Positions 16,336-25,027 of a DNA stretch of 39,283 nt are shown here, piece after piece; within the stretch, counting starts at the first letter, position 1; each line of letters starts with the position of its first letter. Both the position numbers and the translations under genes were made by a program. Source of the stretch: Escherichia phage Carena; sequence record OR769031.1. One strand, given 5' to 3'. The notes under the pieces were generated by a model. That model did not search any database. It saw only the letters and a list, made by a program, of their open reading frames with translations, and was not told the DNA's origin.

Positions 16336-16514
16336 TGGTTACGATAACCCTTGTGCTCACTCTGATAACTGTGAGCGGACAAACAATAAGTCAAGTCCCT
16401 ATCACTGCACCAAAGGCTGAGGCATACGAGATATGTGAACAGCAAGGGCGCTCGTGGTCTAAGGACTTGATGAAGAACGGCAGGGTTTTCACTGCTAACT
16501 ACAACTGTATCTAA
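16335..16514 (+). CDS. Hypothetical secreted/membrane small protein, 59 aa
   Basis: TAATG overlap with gene 4.3 stop; N-terminal signal/TM-like segment (MVTITLVLTLITVSG); not in track. Confidence 0.5.
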   Translation: MVTITLVLTLITVSGQTISQVPITAPKAEAYEICEQQGRSWSKDLMKNGRVFTANYNCI

Positions 16515-16528
16515 TAGGAGTACACAAC

Positions 16529-16831
16529 ATGGCTATTAAATTCCCCGGTAACACTATCCGTCTGTCTGACACCATCGACCAGTATGCTCGCCGAGTGCAC
16601 ATCAACGTTCGCAACGGCAAGGTAACTCTGGTCTACCGCTGGAAGGACCACAAGTCCACCAAGGCTCACACACAGCGTGTGACTCTGGATGATACACAGG
16701 CAGGTCGTCTGCTGGCTTCCGTTGCTGTAGCTGCTACTGTGGCTGTAGGTGAAGACAATGTTCGTCAGGTTCTGCTGGGTAAGACCGTGGAGTCTGAGGG
16801 AAACATGCTTGCGGACAAGTGTGAAGAGTAA
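16529..16831 (+). CDS. Hypothetical protein, 100 aa (gene 4.5 slot)
   Basis: SD TAGGAG 8 nt upstream; positional analog of T7 4.5; homology not recognised. Confidence 0.7.
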   Translation: MAIKFPGNTIRLSDTIDQYARRVHINVRNGKVTLVYRWKDHKSTKAHTQRVTLDDTQAGRLLASVAVAATVAVGEDNVRQVLLGKTVESEGNMLADKCEE

Positions 16832-16834
16832 GAG

Positions 16835-16876
16835 TTAAACTAAAGGTCATCTCCGGGTGGCCTTCGTGATTAACTT
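16835..16876 (+). promoter_or_regulatory. RNase III processing site (R4.7-like)
   Basis: AAACTAAAGGTCATCTCCGGGTGGCCTTCGTGATTAAC. Confidence 0.7.
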
Positions 16877-16887
16877 TTGTATGAAAT

Positions 16888-16910
16888 CTATTCAACTCAC
16901 TAATGGGAGA
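16888..16910 (+). promoter_or_regulatory. Degenerate phage RNAP promoter (phi4.7-like)
   Basis: CTATTCAACTCACTAATGGGAGA; A instead of G at -11, deviant -17..-12. Confidence 0.5.
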
Positions 16911-16918
16911 ACAACACT

Positions 16919-17335
16919 ATGCGTAATCGTAATGTAATCGAAGCTGAAATCGCTAAACTGGAAGCTGAACTGGCAGACGTTAAAGAGCATGAATGTGCAC
17001 GCGACTCTGCGGTACATATCCTGAAGAACTTAGGATGGACTCGCTCCCGTGGTCAATGGGTGAAACCTAAAGCCACTAGCGGTAGCGTTGGTATGCAGAC
17101 TTTCGATGCAAACAAGATGACCCACATCAAGGCTGGGGACTTCTGTGAGTCCAACATCAACGGAGACATTTGGTATGTCCGTAAGGTCGAAGGGACAGAC
17201 ATTTGGTGCTCCCGTGTGACACGCATTGATGTAATGGGTACAGTCGCTGGGATTCAGTATCACAAGATGAACCACAAGAACCTGCGTGTGGTTGACCCGA
17301 AGAACTTCATGGGCTACCGTAAATCTACATTTTAA
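16919..17335 (+). CDS. Hypothetical protein, 138 aa (gene 4.7 slot)
   Basis: Positional and size analog of T7 gp4.7 (135 aa); GGGAGA of the promoter start region serves as SD. Confidence 0.8.
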   Translation: MRNRNVIEAEIAKLEAELADVKEHECARDSAVHILKNLGWTRSRGQWVKPKATSGSVGMQTFDANKMTHIKAGDFCESNINGDIWYVRKVEGTDIWCSRVTRIDVMGTVAGIQYHKMNHKNLRVVDPKNFMGYRKSTF

Positions 17336-17347
17336 GGAGTAAACACA

Positions 17348-19462
17348 ATGTTACTATCCGACTTAGAAGCAAACGGGTTGCTGCACAATGTTAGTCAATT
17401 TCACTGTGCGGTGACTTACGACTACACAACTGACAAGTACATCCGTTATCGACCTGATGACTTTGGGGCATACATTGATGCACTCGAAGCTGAGGTTGCT
17501 CGCGGTGGTCTCATTGTGTTTCACAACGGGCATAAGTATGACGTTCCGGTTATCGAGAAGCTGGCAAAGCTGATCCTTAATCGTGACGTTAAGTTCCCGA
17601 AAGAGAACGTCTTGGACACCTTAGTGATGTCCCGACTGATTTACTCTAACATCAAAGACACCGATGCTGGTCTGCTCCGTGCTGGCAAGCTACCGGGACA
17701 ACGCTTTGGGTCTCACGCTCTGGAAGCATGGGGCTACCGCTTAGGTGAAATGAAGGGTGAGTACAAGGACGACTTTAAGAAGTCACTGGAAGAGTCTGGT
17801 GATGAATACGAAGACGGGATGGAGTGGCTGTTCTTCAATGAAGACATGATGGAATATAACGTTCAAGACGTTGTAGTCACCAAGGCACTCTTTGAGAAAC
17901 TGTGTAGTAACACTTTCTATTTCCCTAACGAGACACCCGCTGGAAGCACAGAAGCAGACCGTTTCTGGAATGGTAGCATTGAGGCTGTCAAACTGGAACA
18001 TGATGCTGCATGGTTGTTAGCTAAGATGGAACGTAATGGTTTCCCGATTGATATTAAGTCTCTTGAGAACCTCTATGCTGAACTGGCTGGTAGACGTGGT
18101 GAGCTACTCGTAGAGTTAACCAATACGTTTGGCTCATGGTACTCCGCTAAGGGCGGTACTGAAGCATTCAGGCATCCTCGTACCGGAAAGCCGCTCACCA
18201 AGTATCCTCGTGTGAAGTATCCGAAACAGGGTGGCATCTTTAAGAAGCCAAAGAACAAGAAGCAACGTGAAGGTCTGGAACCTTGTGAACTGGACACTCG
18301 TGATTATGTAGAGGGCGCTCCGTATACGCCTGTAGAGCACGTTGTGTTTAACCCTGCAAGTCGTGAACACATCACTCGTGTGCTTACCAAAGCTGGCTGG
18401 GTGCCCGTTGAGTTCACTCCTAGTGGTGCACCAAAGGTAGACGATGAGGTATTGGAACACGTTAAGGTAGACGACCCGGATGCACAGCGTTGCATTGAGT
18501 TGATTAAAGAATACCTTATGATTCAGAAACGTATCGGTCAGGTTGCTGAAGGTGATAACGGCTGGCTCCGAATGATTGGAGACGATGGTCGTATTCACGG
18601 TAGCGTTAACCCGAACGGTGCGGTAACTGGACGTGCAACTCATAGTTTCCCTAACGTGGCACAGGTGCCTTCAATCCGTGCTGCATATGGTGAACCTTGC
18701 CGTGCTGCTTTCGGTGCCGAGCACAACATGAAAGACGGTAAGCCAGACCCTTGGGTTCAAGTTGGTGTGGATGCGTCCGGCCTTGAGCTACGATGCTTGG
18801 GTCACTTCATGTATCGCTATGATGAGGGAGAGTACGTTGAGACCATCCTCACTGGTGACATCCATACGAAGAACCAATTGGCTGCTGGTCTGCCGACTCG
18901 TGACAACGCTAAGACGTTTATCTACGGGTTCCTCTATGGTGCTGGGGCTGCGAAGATTGGACAGATTGTTGGTGGCACTGCCGAAGATGGTAAGCGACTC
19001 ATCAAGAACTTCCTTGAGCAAACTCCGGCTATCGCTGCGTTGCGTGAAGCAATCACAGGTACACTCGTCAAGGACTCTAAGTGGGTTGGCGGTGAACAGA
19101 AAGTAACTTGGAAACGCCGTTGGGTTCGTGGCTTGGATGGTCGTAAAGTACACGTCCGTAGTCCCCACGCTGCGTTGAACACCTTGTTGCAATCTGCGGG
19201 TGCTCTGATTTGTAAACTGTGGATTGTCAAGACAGAAGAGATGCTCCTTGAGATGGGATACAAGCACGGCTGGGATGGTGACTTCTGCCTCATGGGGTGG
19301 ATACACGATGAGCAACAGCTTGCTTGCCGTACTGAAGAGATTGCCAAAGTTGTAATCGAAGTATCTCAACAGGCTATGCGCTGGGTTGGAGACCACTTTA
19401 ACTTCCGGTGCCAACTGGATACTGAAGGAAAGATGGGGCCGAATTGGGCTGTTTGTCACTAA
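17348..19462 (+). CDS. 5: DNA polymerase (family A, gp5), 704 aa
   Basis: Same length as T7 gp5; 3'-5' exonuclease and polymerase motifs conserved (VFHNGHKYDVPV, KTFIYGFLYGAG, HDE). Confidence 0.98.
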   Translation: MLLSDLEANGLLHNVSQFHCAVTYDYTTDKYIRYRPDDFGAYIDALEAEVARGGLIVFHNGHKYDVPVIEKLAKLILNRDVKFPKENVLDTLVMSRLIYSNIKDTDAGLLRAGKLPGQRFGSHALEAWGYRLGEMKGEYKDDFKKSLEESGDEYEDGMEWLFFNEDMMEYNVQDVVVTKALFEKLCSNTFYFPNETPAGSTEADRFWNGSIEAVKLEHDAAWLLAKMERNGFPIDIKSLENLYAELAGRRGELLVELTNTFGSWYSAKGGTEAFRHPRTGKPLTKYPRVKYPKQGGIFKKPKNKKQREGLEPCELDTRDYVEGAPYTPVEHVVFNPASREHITRVLTKAGWVPVEFTPSGAPKVDDEVLEHVKVDDPDAQRCIELIKEYLMIQKRIGQVAEGDNGWLRMIGDDGRIHGSVNPNGAVTGRATHSFPNVAQVPSIRAAYGEPCRAAFGAEHNMKDGKPDPWVQVGVDASGLELRCLGHFMYRYDEGEYVETILTGDIHTKNQLAAGLPTRDNAKTFIYGFLYGAGAAKIGQIVGGTAEDGKRLIKNFLEQTPAIAALREAITGTLVKDSKWVGGEQKVTWKRRWVRGLDGRKVHVRSPHAALNTLLQSAGALICKLWIVKTEEMLLEMGYKHGWDGDFCLMGWIHDEQQLACRTEEIAKVVIEVSQQAMRWVGDHFNFRCQLDTEGKMGPNWAVCH

Positions 19463-19472
19463 GGAGGTAACT

Positions 19473-19808
19473 ATGGGAGGCGTTGCTACGCTTAGGTTTC
19501 ACACTATGCCGACTGGCTGTATCGTCTGCGTCTCCCATAAGAGGAACAAAGATGGTTACTTCCGGTACAGCGTAGGGTCATCCAGAAAGGGTGAGAAGAT
19601 GGCGTTTATGTTCCACCGATTCGTGTGGGAGAACGTCAACGGAAAGATACCAGAAGGGTATGAGATAGACCATCTATGCCTAAACCGTGGGTGCTGTAAC
19701 GTAGAGCACCTACAGTGTATCCCCAAGCGGGAACATGTAATCAAGACTAACCGAGAGCGGAAGGTCATCACATTGAAAGCAAAGGAGAAATATCATGGCT
19801 ATTACTAA
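19473..19808 (+). CDS. HNH endonuclease, 111 aa (gene 5.3 slot)
   Basis: SD AAGGAGG 5 nt upstream; HNH signature EIDHLCLNRGCCNVEHLQ plus Cys pairs (CIVC). Confidence 0.8.
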   Translation: MGGVATLRFHTMPTGCIVCVSHKRNKDGYFRYSVGSSRKGEKMAFMFHRFVWENVNGKIPEGYEIDHLCLNRGCCNVEHLQCIPKREHVIKTNRERKVITLKAKEKYHGYY

Positions 19809-20088
19809 ACGTTTTAAAGTATCATTCGAAATGACCGTAAAGGTTGACTCTGAGACTGAAGATATGATTAAGGAACGCATCTTGGATTTGGCTCGCAGCG
19901 TTCGTGATGGTGAGTCCATAAGCGCACAGGACAAAGAGTTGCTCGTTCAGGCTCTGACTTACGGTGCAGATGGTGCTGTGGCCTTTGCTGTTAAGCAGGG
20001 TGTCCGTAATGAAATCCGTGAGATGGGCATTGAGCACCACGGAGAGGGCATTAAGTTTGCACCAGCAACTATCCGTGAGGTGAAGTAA
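19795..20088 (+). CDS. 5.5: gp5.5-like (H-NS-binding protein family), 97 aa
   Basis: MA.TKRFKVSF...ELLVQALT.G..G.VAF..KQ as in T7 gp5.5. Confidence 0.85.
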   Translation: MAITKRFKVSFEMTVKVDSETEDMIKERILDLARSVRDGESISAQDKELLVQALTYGADGAVAFAVKQGVRNEIREMGIEHHGEGIKFAPATIREVK

Positions 20089-20297
20089 TGGGTGAATATC
20101 TACGTGTACTGGCGGCTATCAAAAGCTGCCCTAAGACCTTTCAGTCGAACTATGTGCGCAACAATGCGTCACTGGTGGCTGAGGCTGCGAGTCGTGGTCA
20201 TATCTCTTGCCTATCAGTCGATGGGCGTAATGCTGGCGCTTGGGAAGTAACAGGCGCTGGTGTCCGATTCCTGAAGAAGATGGGAGGTTGCGTATGA
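20088..20297 (+). CDS. 5.7: gp5.7-like protein, 69 aa
   Basis: VLAAIKSCPKTFQSNYVRNNASLVAEAASRGHISCL...RFLKKMGGCV, near-identical to recalled T7 gp5.7; TAATG overlap with 5.5. Confidence 0.85.
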   Translation: MGEYLRVLAAIKSCPKTFQSNYVRNNASLVAEAASRGHISCLSVDGRNAGAWEVTGAGVRFLKKMGGCV

Positions 20298-21208
20298 GCG
20301 CAATTACACTGAAGGAGTTCTACGAGTTACGCCAAGGCAAATCCGACAAGGGTGTCTTGGTCATGGATGGCGACTGGCTGGTATTCCAAGCGATGGCAGC
20401 AAGCGAAGTCGAGACCGATTGGGGCGATGATTGCTGGACCTTAGAGTGTGACCACGGGAAAGCGTGGAACATTCTGGTTGACTCTATCAAGTCCTATGCG
20501 AGCCGCAAGAAGGCTTGGCGTGATGCACCTATCGTACTGGCCTTCACTGACGCTGTGAACTGGCGTAGGGAACTGGTGGACCCAACCTATAAGGAGAACC
20601 GTAAGGCATCCCGTAAGCCTGTAGGCTACCGTGCGTTCGTCGAGCGTGTTCAAGCCTGTGAGGACTGGACGTCTATCCTTGAGGACCGACTTGAGGGTGA
20701 TGACGTAATGGGAATCATCGGGTCTGGTGCTAAACATTTTGGTTTCAAGAAGGCTGTACTGGTCTCCTGTGATAAGGACTTTAAGACCATCCCTGATTGT
20801 GACTTCTTGTGGTGCACTACTGGTAACATCTTGACTCAAGACCAGACTACTGCTGACTACTGGCACATCTACCAGACCATCAAAGGTGACATTACTGATG
20901 GATATGGTGGCATTCCTGGATGGGGAGAGACTACCGCTGAGTGGCTTGAGAACCCGTATGCCTTTGAACAGGTTGAGAAAACTTTCAAGTCTGGTGCCCG
21001 TAAGGGACAGACAGTTCTCGAATGGAAGAAGGTTGACATGGGAGACCGAACCTTGTGGGAAGCCATTGTGACCCTTGGTGCCAAAGCTGGGATGACCGAA
21101 GAGGAAATCATTAAGCAAGGCCAGATGGCTCGCATCCTTCGATTCGAAGAGTACAACTTTATCGACAAGGAGATTTACCTATGGTCGCCGGAACAGTTGC
21201 GTTCGTAA
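20294..21208 (+). CDS. 6: 5'-3' exonuclease (gp6), 304 aa
   Basis: Start at ATG with GGAGG upstream (track ORF begins earlier at 20240); conserved VLVMDGDWLVFQAM, APIVLAFTD.VNWR.ELVDP.YK.NRK, CDKDFKTIP.CDFLWCTTGNILTQ, KGDITDGY.GI.GWG. Confidence 0.95.
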   Translation: MSAITLKEFYELRQGKSDKGVLVMDGDWLVFQAMAASEVETDWGDDCWTLECDHGKAWNILVDSIKSYASRKKAWRDAPIVLAFTDAVNWRRELVDPTYKENRKASRKPVGYRAFVERVQACEDWTSILEDRLEGDDVMGIIGSGAKHFGFKKAVLVSCDKDFKTIPDCDFLWCTTGNILTQDQTTADYWHIYQTIKGDITDGYGGIPGWGETTAEWLENPYAFEQVEKTFKSGARKGQTVLEWKKVDMGDRTLWEAIVTLGAKAGMTEEEIIKQGQMARILRFEEYNFIDKEIYLWSPEQLRS

Positions 21209-21264
21209 TGTTCGCAATCGTAGTCCTCGCAATGGTGTGGGCTGCATTCATCGCAACACTTTGA
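21208..21264 (+). CDS. Possible small hydrophobic peptide (gene 6.3 slot), 18 aa
   Basis: TAATG overlap with gene 6 stop; hydrophobic; very short, not in track. Confidence 0.3.
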   Translation: MFAIVVLAMVWAAFIATL

Positions 21265-21299
21265 GTGTGTAACTCTAGGCATTCTGACCCTCGTGAAAT

Positions 21300-21322
21300 C
21301 AATACGACTCACTATGGGAGAG
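21300..21322 (+). promoter_or_regulatory. Phage RNAP promoter (phi6.5-like)
   Basis: CAATACGACTCACTATGGGAGAG. Confidence 0.7.
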
Positions 21323-21375
21323 GGGTGCCTATATGATACCTACTTTAAGTTCTAACTTTAAGGAGAGCATTTATT

Positions 21376-21621
21376 ATGTTAACCCCTATCAAGAAATACA
21401 TGGAGAACCCTCAAGATATTCCTAACGTTCCTCGTAGCGTTATGGAGTATTTACAGGTTCAATATAATGCTGGATATGCCTTGCAGTCTGGTTTAGTTAA
21501 CCGATTGAAACAGGCTGGCTGGTCTGAAAGCTACATCGCTGGGTTCCTCGCGGGTCTCAACTATGCGTCTCAAACCTTAGACGACATGGAGGCAATCCGT
21601 AAGGAACAGGCTGAGTCCTAA
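21376..21621 (+). CDS. 6.5: gp6.5-like protein, 81 aa
   Basis: MLTPI...NP.DIP.VPR...EYLQV as in T7 gp6.5. Confidence 0.8.
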   Translation: MLTPIKKYMENPQDIPNVPRSVMEYLQVQYNAGYALQSGLVNRLKQAGWSESYIAGFLAGLNYASQTLDDMEAIRKEQAES

Positions 21622-21636
21622 TCGTATGGAGGTCTT

Positions 21637-21909
21637 ATGTGCTTTTCACCAAAGATTAAGACACCTAAAGTAAAGACCGATACTGTCCGAGCTATTGACC
21701 CAGCGCCACTGACTGAGGAACCGAAAGGTATTCTCTTTGGAGGCGATGAGGACACAGATAGCGGAACCTCTTCTGAGGTGCCAACGGGTGGCAAGAAGTC
21801 CCTTAAGGTGAAACTGGATGACTCCGTTGAGAAGTCCAAGAAGGCTGATGATGCAGCCAAGAAGAAGTCCAAGTCTGGTATCCGTACCAGTATCTTTAAG
21901 AAGAAATAA
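21637..21909 (+). CDS. 6.7: gp6.7-like virion protein, 90 aa
   Basis: Position and size as T7 gp6.7; Lys-rich C-terminus; SD GGAGGT. Confidence 0.8.
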   Translation: MCFSPKIKTPKVKTDTVRAIDPAPLTEEPKGILFGGDEDTDSGTSSEVPTGGKKSLKVKLDDSVEKSKKADDAAKKKSKSGIRTSIFKKK

Positions 21910-21923
21910 TTAGGAGGTTTATC

Positions 21924-22289
21924 ATGGGTTGGGGTAAAAAGATTCGCAAATCAGTTAAGAAGGCAGTCAGGAAAGTAACCAAGCCTATCGAGAAGGTAGT
22001 AAAGGAAACTGGTAAGGCAGTCGAGAAGGTAGGCAAGGAAGCTGGTAAGGTCGTTGGAGGCGTTGCTGGTGCCCTGTCTGGTGGGAAGCCTGATGTTCAA
22101 GTCGTTGAGACCCCTGCTGCTGCTATTCAGGCTGCACCTCCTGCTGCACAGATTATCGAGCCACCAAGTAAAGATGACGTAGACTCTGATGACGATGCAC
22201 AGACTGAATCTGGTAAGAAGAAAGCCCGTGCTGGTGGTAAGAAAGCTCTGAGTGTCGCTCGCAGTTCTGGCGGTGGTCTTAACATTTAA
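21924..22289 (+). CDS. 7.3: gp7.3-like tail/host-range protein, 121 aa
   Basis: Lys-rich repeats KKAV.KVTK and C-terminus ESGKKKARAGGKKALSVARSSGGGLNI as in T7 gp7.3; follows 6.7 directly with no gene 7. Confidence 0.85.
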   Translation: MGWGKKIRKSVKKAVRKVTKPIEKVVKETGKAVEKVGKEAGKVVGGVAGALSGGKPDVQVVETPAAAIQAAPPAAQIIEPPSKDDVDSDDDAQTESGKKKARAGGKKALSVARSSGGGLNI

Positions 22290-22301
22290 TAAGGAGGCAC
22301 T

Positions 22302-23909
22302 ATGGCAAGCTCACAGAAACGTGAAGGCTTTGCGGAGAATGGTGCCAAGGCTGTGTATGACGCATTGAAGAACGACCGGAACTCCTATGAGACCCGTGCG
22401 GAAAACTGTGCGAAGTACACAATCCCCTCGTTGTTCCCTAAAGACTCCGACAACGCATCAACTGACTACACCACTCCGTGGCAAGCAGTAGGTGCTCGCG
22501 GTCTGAACAACTTGGCCTCTAAGCTCATGCTAGCTCTGTTCCCTATGCAGACTTGGATGAAGCTGACCATCTCTGAGTTCGAAGCGAAACAATTGGTTGC
22601 ACAACCTGCTGAACTGGCGAAGGTCGAAGAGGGTCTCTCAATGGTCGAGCGTATCTTGATGAACTACATCGAGTCAAACTCCTACCGTGTGACACTCTTT
22701 GAGACCCTGAAGCAGTTAATCGTGGCTGGTAACGCATTGCTCTACATCCCGGAACCTGAAGGTACTTACAATCCCATGAAGTTATACCGACTGTCTTCTT
22801 ATGTTGTCCAACGAGACGCATTCGGCACGGTATTACAGATTGTGACCTTGGATAAGACTGCTTATGCAGCGCTACCAGAAGACGTAAGGAACTCTCTGGA
22901 CTCCGGTACGGAACACAAAGGCGATGAAATGATTGACGTGTATACTCACATTTATCTCGATGAGGAATCAGGCGAATACCTGAAGTACGAAGAGATTGAT
23001 GGAGTCGAAGTTGATGGTACAGATGCTTCTTATCCGGTGGACGCTTGTCCTTATATCCCGGTTCGCATGGTACGCATTGATGGGGAATCATACGGTCGTT
23101 CATACTGCGAGGAATACTTGGGTGACTTACGTTCCCTTGAGAACCTTCAGGAAGCTATCGTCAAGATGTCCATGATTAGCGCAAAGGTTATCGGCTTGGT
23201 AAACCCTGCTGGTATCACACAGGTTCGCCGCTTGACCAAAGCGCAGACTGGTGACTTCGTGTCTGGTCGTCCAGAAGACATCTCGTTCCTGCAACTCGAA
23301 AAGGCTGCTGACTTCTCCGTGGCTCGTGCTGTGAGTGAACAGATTGAAGGCCGACTGTCCTATGCCTTTATGCTGAACTCCGCTGTGCAACGTACTGGTG
23401 AGCGTGTGACTGCCGAAGAGATTCGCTATGTTGCATCTGAACTCGAAGATACCCTTGGTGGTGTCTATTCGATTCTCTCACAGGAACTTCAGTTGCCAAT
23501 GGTTCGTGTCCTGCTGAAGCAACTTCAAGCGACCAATCAGATTCCTGAGTTACCGAAAGAGGCCGTTGAGCCTACTATCAGTACCGGGATGGAAGCATTG
23601 GGTCGTGGTCAAGACCTCGATAAGCTGGAACGCTGTATTGCTGCGTGGTCTGCTCTTGCTCCTATGCAGAATGACCCGGACATCAACATTGCGACCATTA
23701 AGTTGCGCATTGCGAACGCTATCGGCATCGACACTTCCGGTATCCTCAAGACACCTGAAGAGAAACAACAGGAAATGGCTGAGTCCGCTCAAGGTACTGC
23801 ACTGGAGAACGCTGCTGCGTCTGCTGGTGCTGGTGCTGGTGCACTGGCTACTGCAAGTCCTGAGAACATGCAAGCTGCTGCTGAACAGGCTGGTATGGTT
23901 CCCAATTAA
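22302..23909 (+). CDS. 8: Portal (head-to-tail connector) protein gp8, 535 aa
   Basis: Size and position as T7 gp8 (536 aa); SD AAGGAGG. Confidence 0.97.
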   Translation: MASSQKREGFAENGAKAVYDALKNDRNSYETRAENCAKYTIPSLFPKDSDNASTDYTTPWQAVGARGLNNLASKLMLALFPMQTWMKLTISEFEAKQLVAQPAELAKVEEGLSMVERILMNYIESNSYRVTLFETLKQLIVAGNALLYIPEPEGTYNPMKLYRLSSYVVQRDAFGTVLQIVTLDKTAYAALPEDVRNSLDSGTEHKGDEMIDVYTHIYLDEESGEYLKYEEIDGVEVDGTDASYPVDACPYIPVRMVRIDGESYGRSYCEEYLGDLRSLENLQEAIVKMSMISAKVIGLVNPAGITQVRRLTKAQTGDFVSGRPEDISFLQLEKAADFSVARAVSEQIEGRLSYAFMLNSAVQRTGERVTAEEIRYVASELEDTLGGVYSILSQELQLPMVRVLLKQLQATNQIPELPKEAVEPTISTGMEALGRGQDLDKLERCIAAWSALAPMQNDPDINIATIKLRIANAIGIDTSGILKTPEEKQQEMAESAQGTALENAAASAGAGAGALATASPENMQAAAEQAGMVPN

Positions 23910-23929
23910 TACGACTCACTAATGGGAGA
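23907..23929 (+). promoter_or_regulatory. Phage RNAP promoter (phi9-like)
   Basis: TAATACGACTCACTAATGGGAGA; first TAA is the gene 8 stop. Confidence 0.85.
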
Positions 23930-23984
23930 GACACTACGTCCTCCCTTGAGTTCAACTTTATGAAATCTAAAGGAGATAACAATT

Positions 23985-24896
23985 ATGGCTGGTGAATCTA
24001 ACGCTGACGTATACGCATCTTTTGGTGTGAACTCTGCGGTTGTTGGTGGGTCTACTCCTACTGACCACGAACAGGCTATGCTCGAACTCGATGTTGCTGC
24101 CCGTGATGGCGATGATGCAATCGAGCTAGTTAGCAACGATGACCCTTATGGCAATCCAGACCCATTCGGTGAAGAGGATGAGAGTCGTACTGAGATTCGC
24201 ATCTCCACTGATGGTGAACCTGAAGTAACCGAAGAAGGTGAAATCGACTATGAAGGAACCGAAGATGAAGGCTCCGAAGAGTTTGAACCAGTTGGTGACG
24301 TTCCAGATGAACTGAATGAAGCCTCAAGTCAACTCGAAGAGCACGAAGTTGGTTTCGAAGAGATGGTCAATCAGGCGGCTGAACGTGGTCTGTCAGAAGA
24401 AACCATCGTGCGCATCCAACAGGAATACGGAGAGGACGGTCTGTCTGAAGAGTCTTACGAAGAGTTAGCCAAAGCTGGTTACTCCAAGTCGTTTGTTGAC
24501 TCCTACATCCGTGGTCAGGAAGCACTGGTAGAACAGTATGTTCAGTCCGTTATGGAGTACGCTGGCGGTGAAGCACAGTTCCAAGCAATCTACAATCATC
24601 TCGAAGTGTCCAACCCGGATGCTGCTGAGTCTCTGATTAGTGCCTTGGAGAACCGTGACCTCGCAACAGTTAAGGCTATCGTCAATCTCGCTGGCGCAAG
24701 CCGTGCGAAGACTTTCGGTAAACCTGCTGCCCGTAGTATCTCTAAACGTGCCGTACCTGCTGCACCTGTACGCACCAAACAGTCTGGCTTTGAGTCACAG
24801 GCTGAGATGATTGCTGCAATGTCCGACCCTCGCTATCGTCACGACAGTAAGTTCCGTGCGGAAGTTGAGCGCAAGATGATGTACAGTCAGTTCTAA
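23985..24896 (+). CDS. 9: Capsid assembly scaffolding protein gp9, 303 aa
   Basis: Highly acidic (E/D-rich), position between portal and capsid genes as in T7. Confidence 0.95.
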   Translation: MAGESNADVYASFGVNSAVVGGSTPTDHEQAMLELDVAARDGDDAIELVSNDDPYGNPDPFGEEDESRTEIRISTDGEPEVTEEGEIDYEGTEDEGSEEFEPVGDVPDELNEASSQLEEHEVGFEEMVNQAAERGLSEETIVRIQQEYGEDGLSEESYEELAKAGYSKSFVDSYIRGQEALVEQYVQSVMEYAGGEAQFQAIYNHLEVSNPDAAESLISALENRDLATVKAIVNLAGASRAKTFGKPAARSISKRAVPAAPVRTKQSGFESQAEMIAAMSDPRYRHDSKFRAEVERKMMYSQF

Positions 24897-24899
24897 AAT

Positions 24900-24922
24900 T
24901 AATACGACTCACTATTGGGAGA
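24900..24922 (+). promoter_or_regulatory. Phage RNAP promoter (phi10-like, capsid gene promoter)
   Basis: TAATACGACTCACTATTGGGAGA followed by a GGGAGA...TCTCCC 5' stem-loop and a 105-nt leader to gene 10. Confidence 0.9.
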
Positions 24923-25027
24923 GACAATACGTTCTCCCACTTTGAGTGATACACAATGAGAACCAACTCGTTTCAAGTAGTACCTCACATTTAAATTTTC
25001 ATATAAATCAACAGAAGGAGATTCAAC

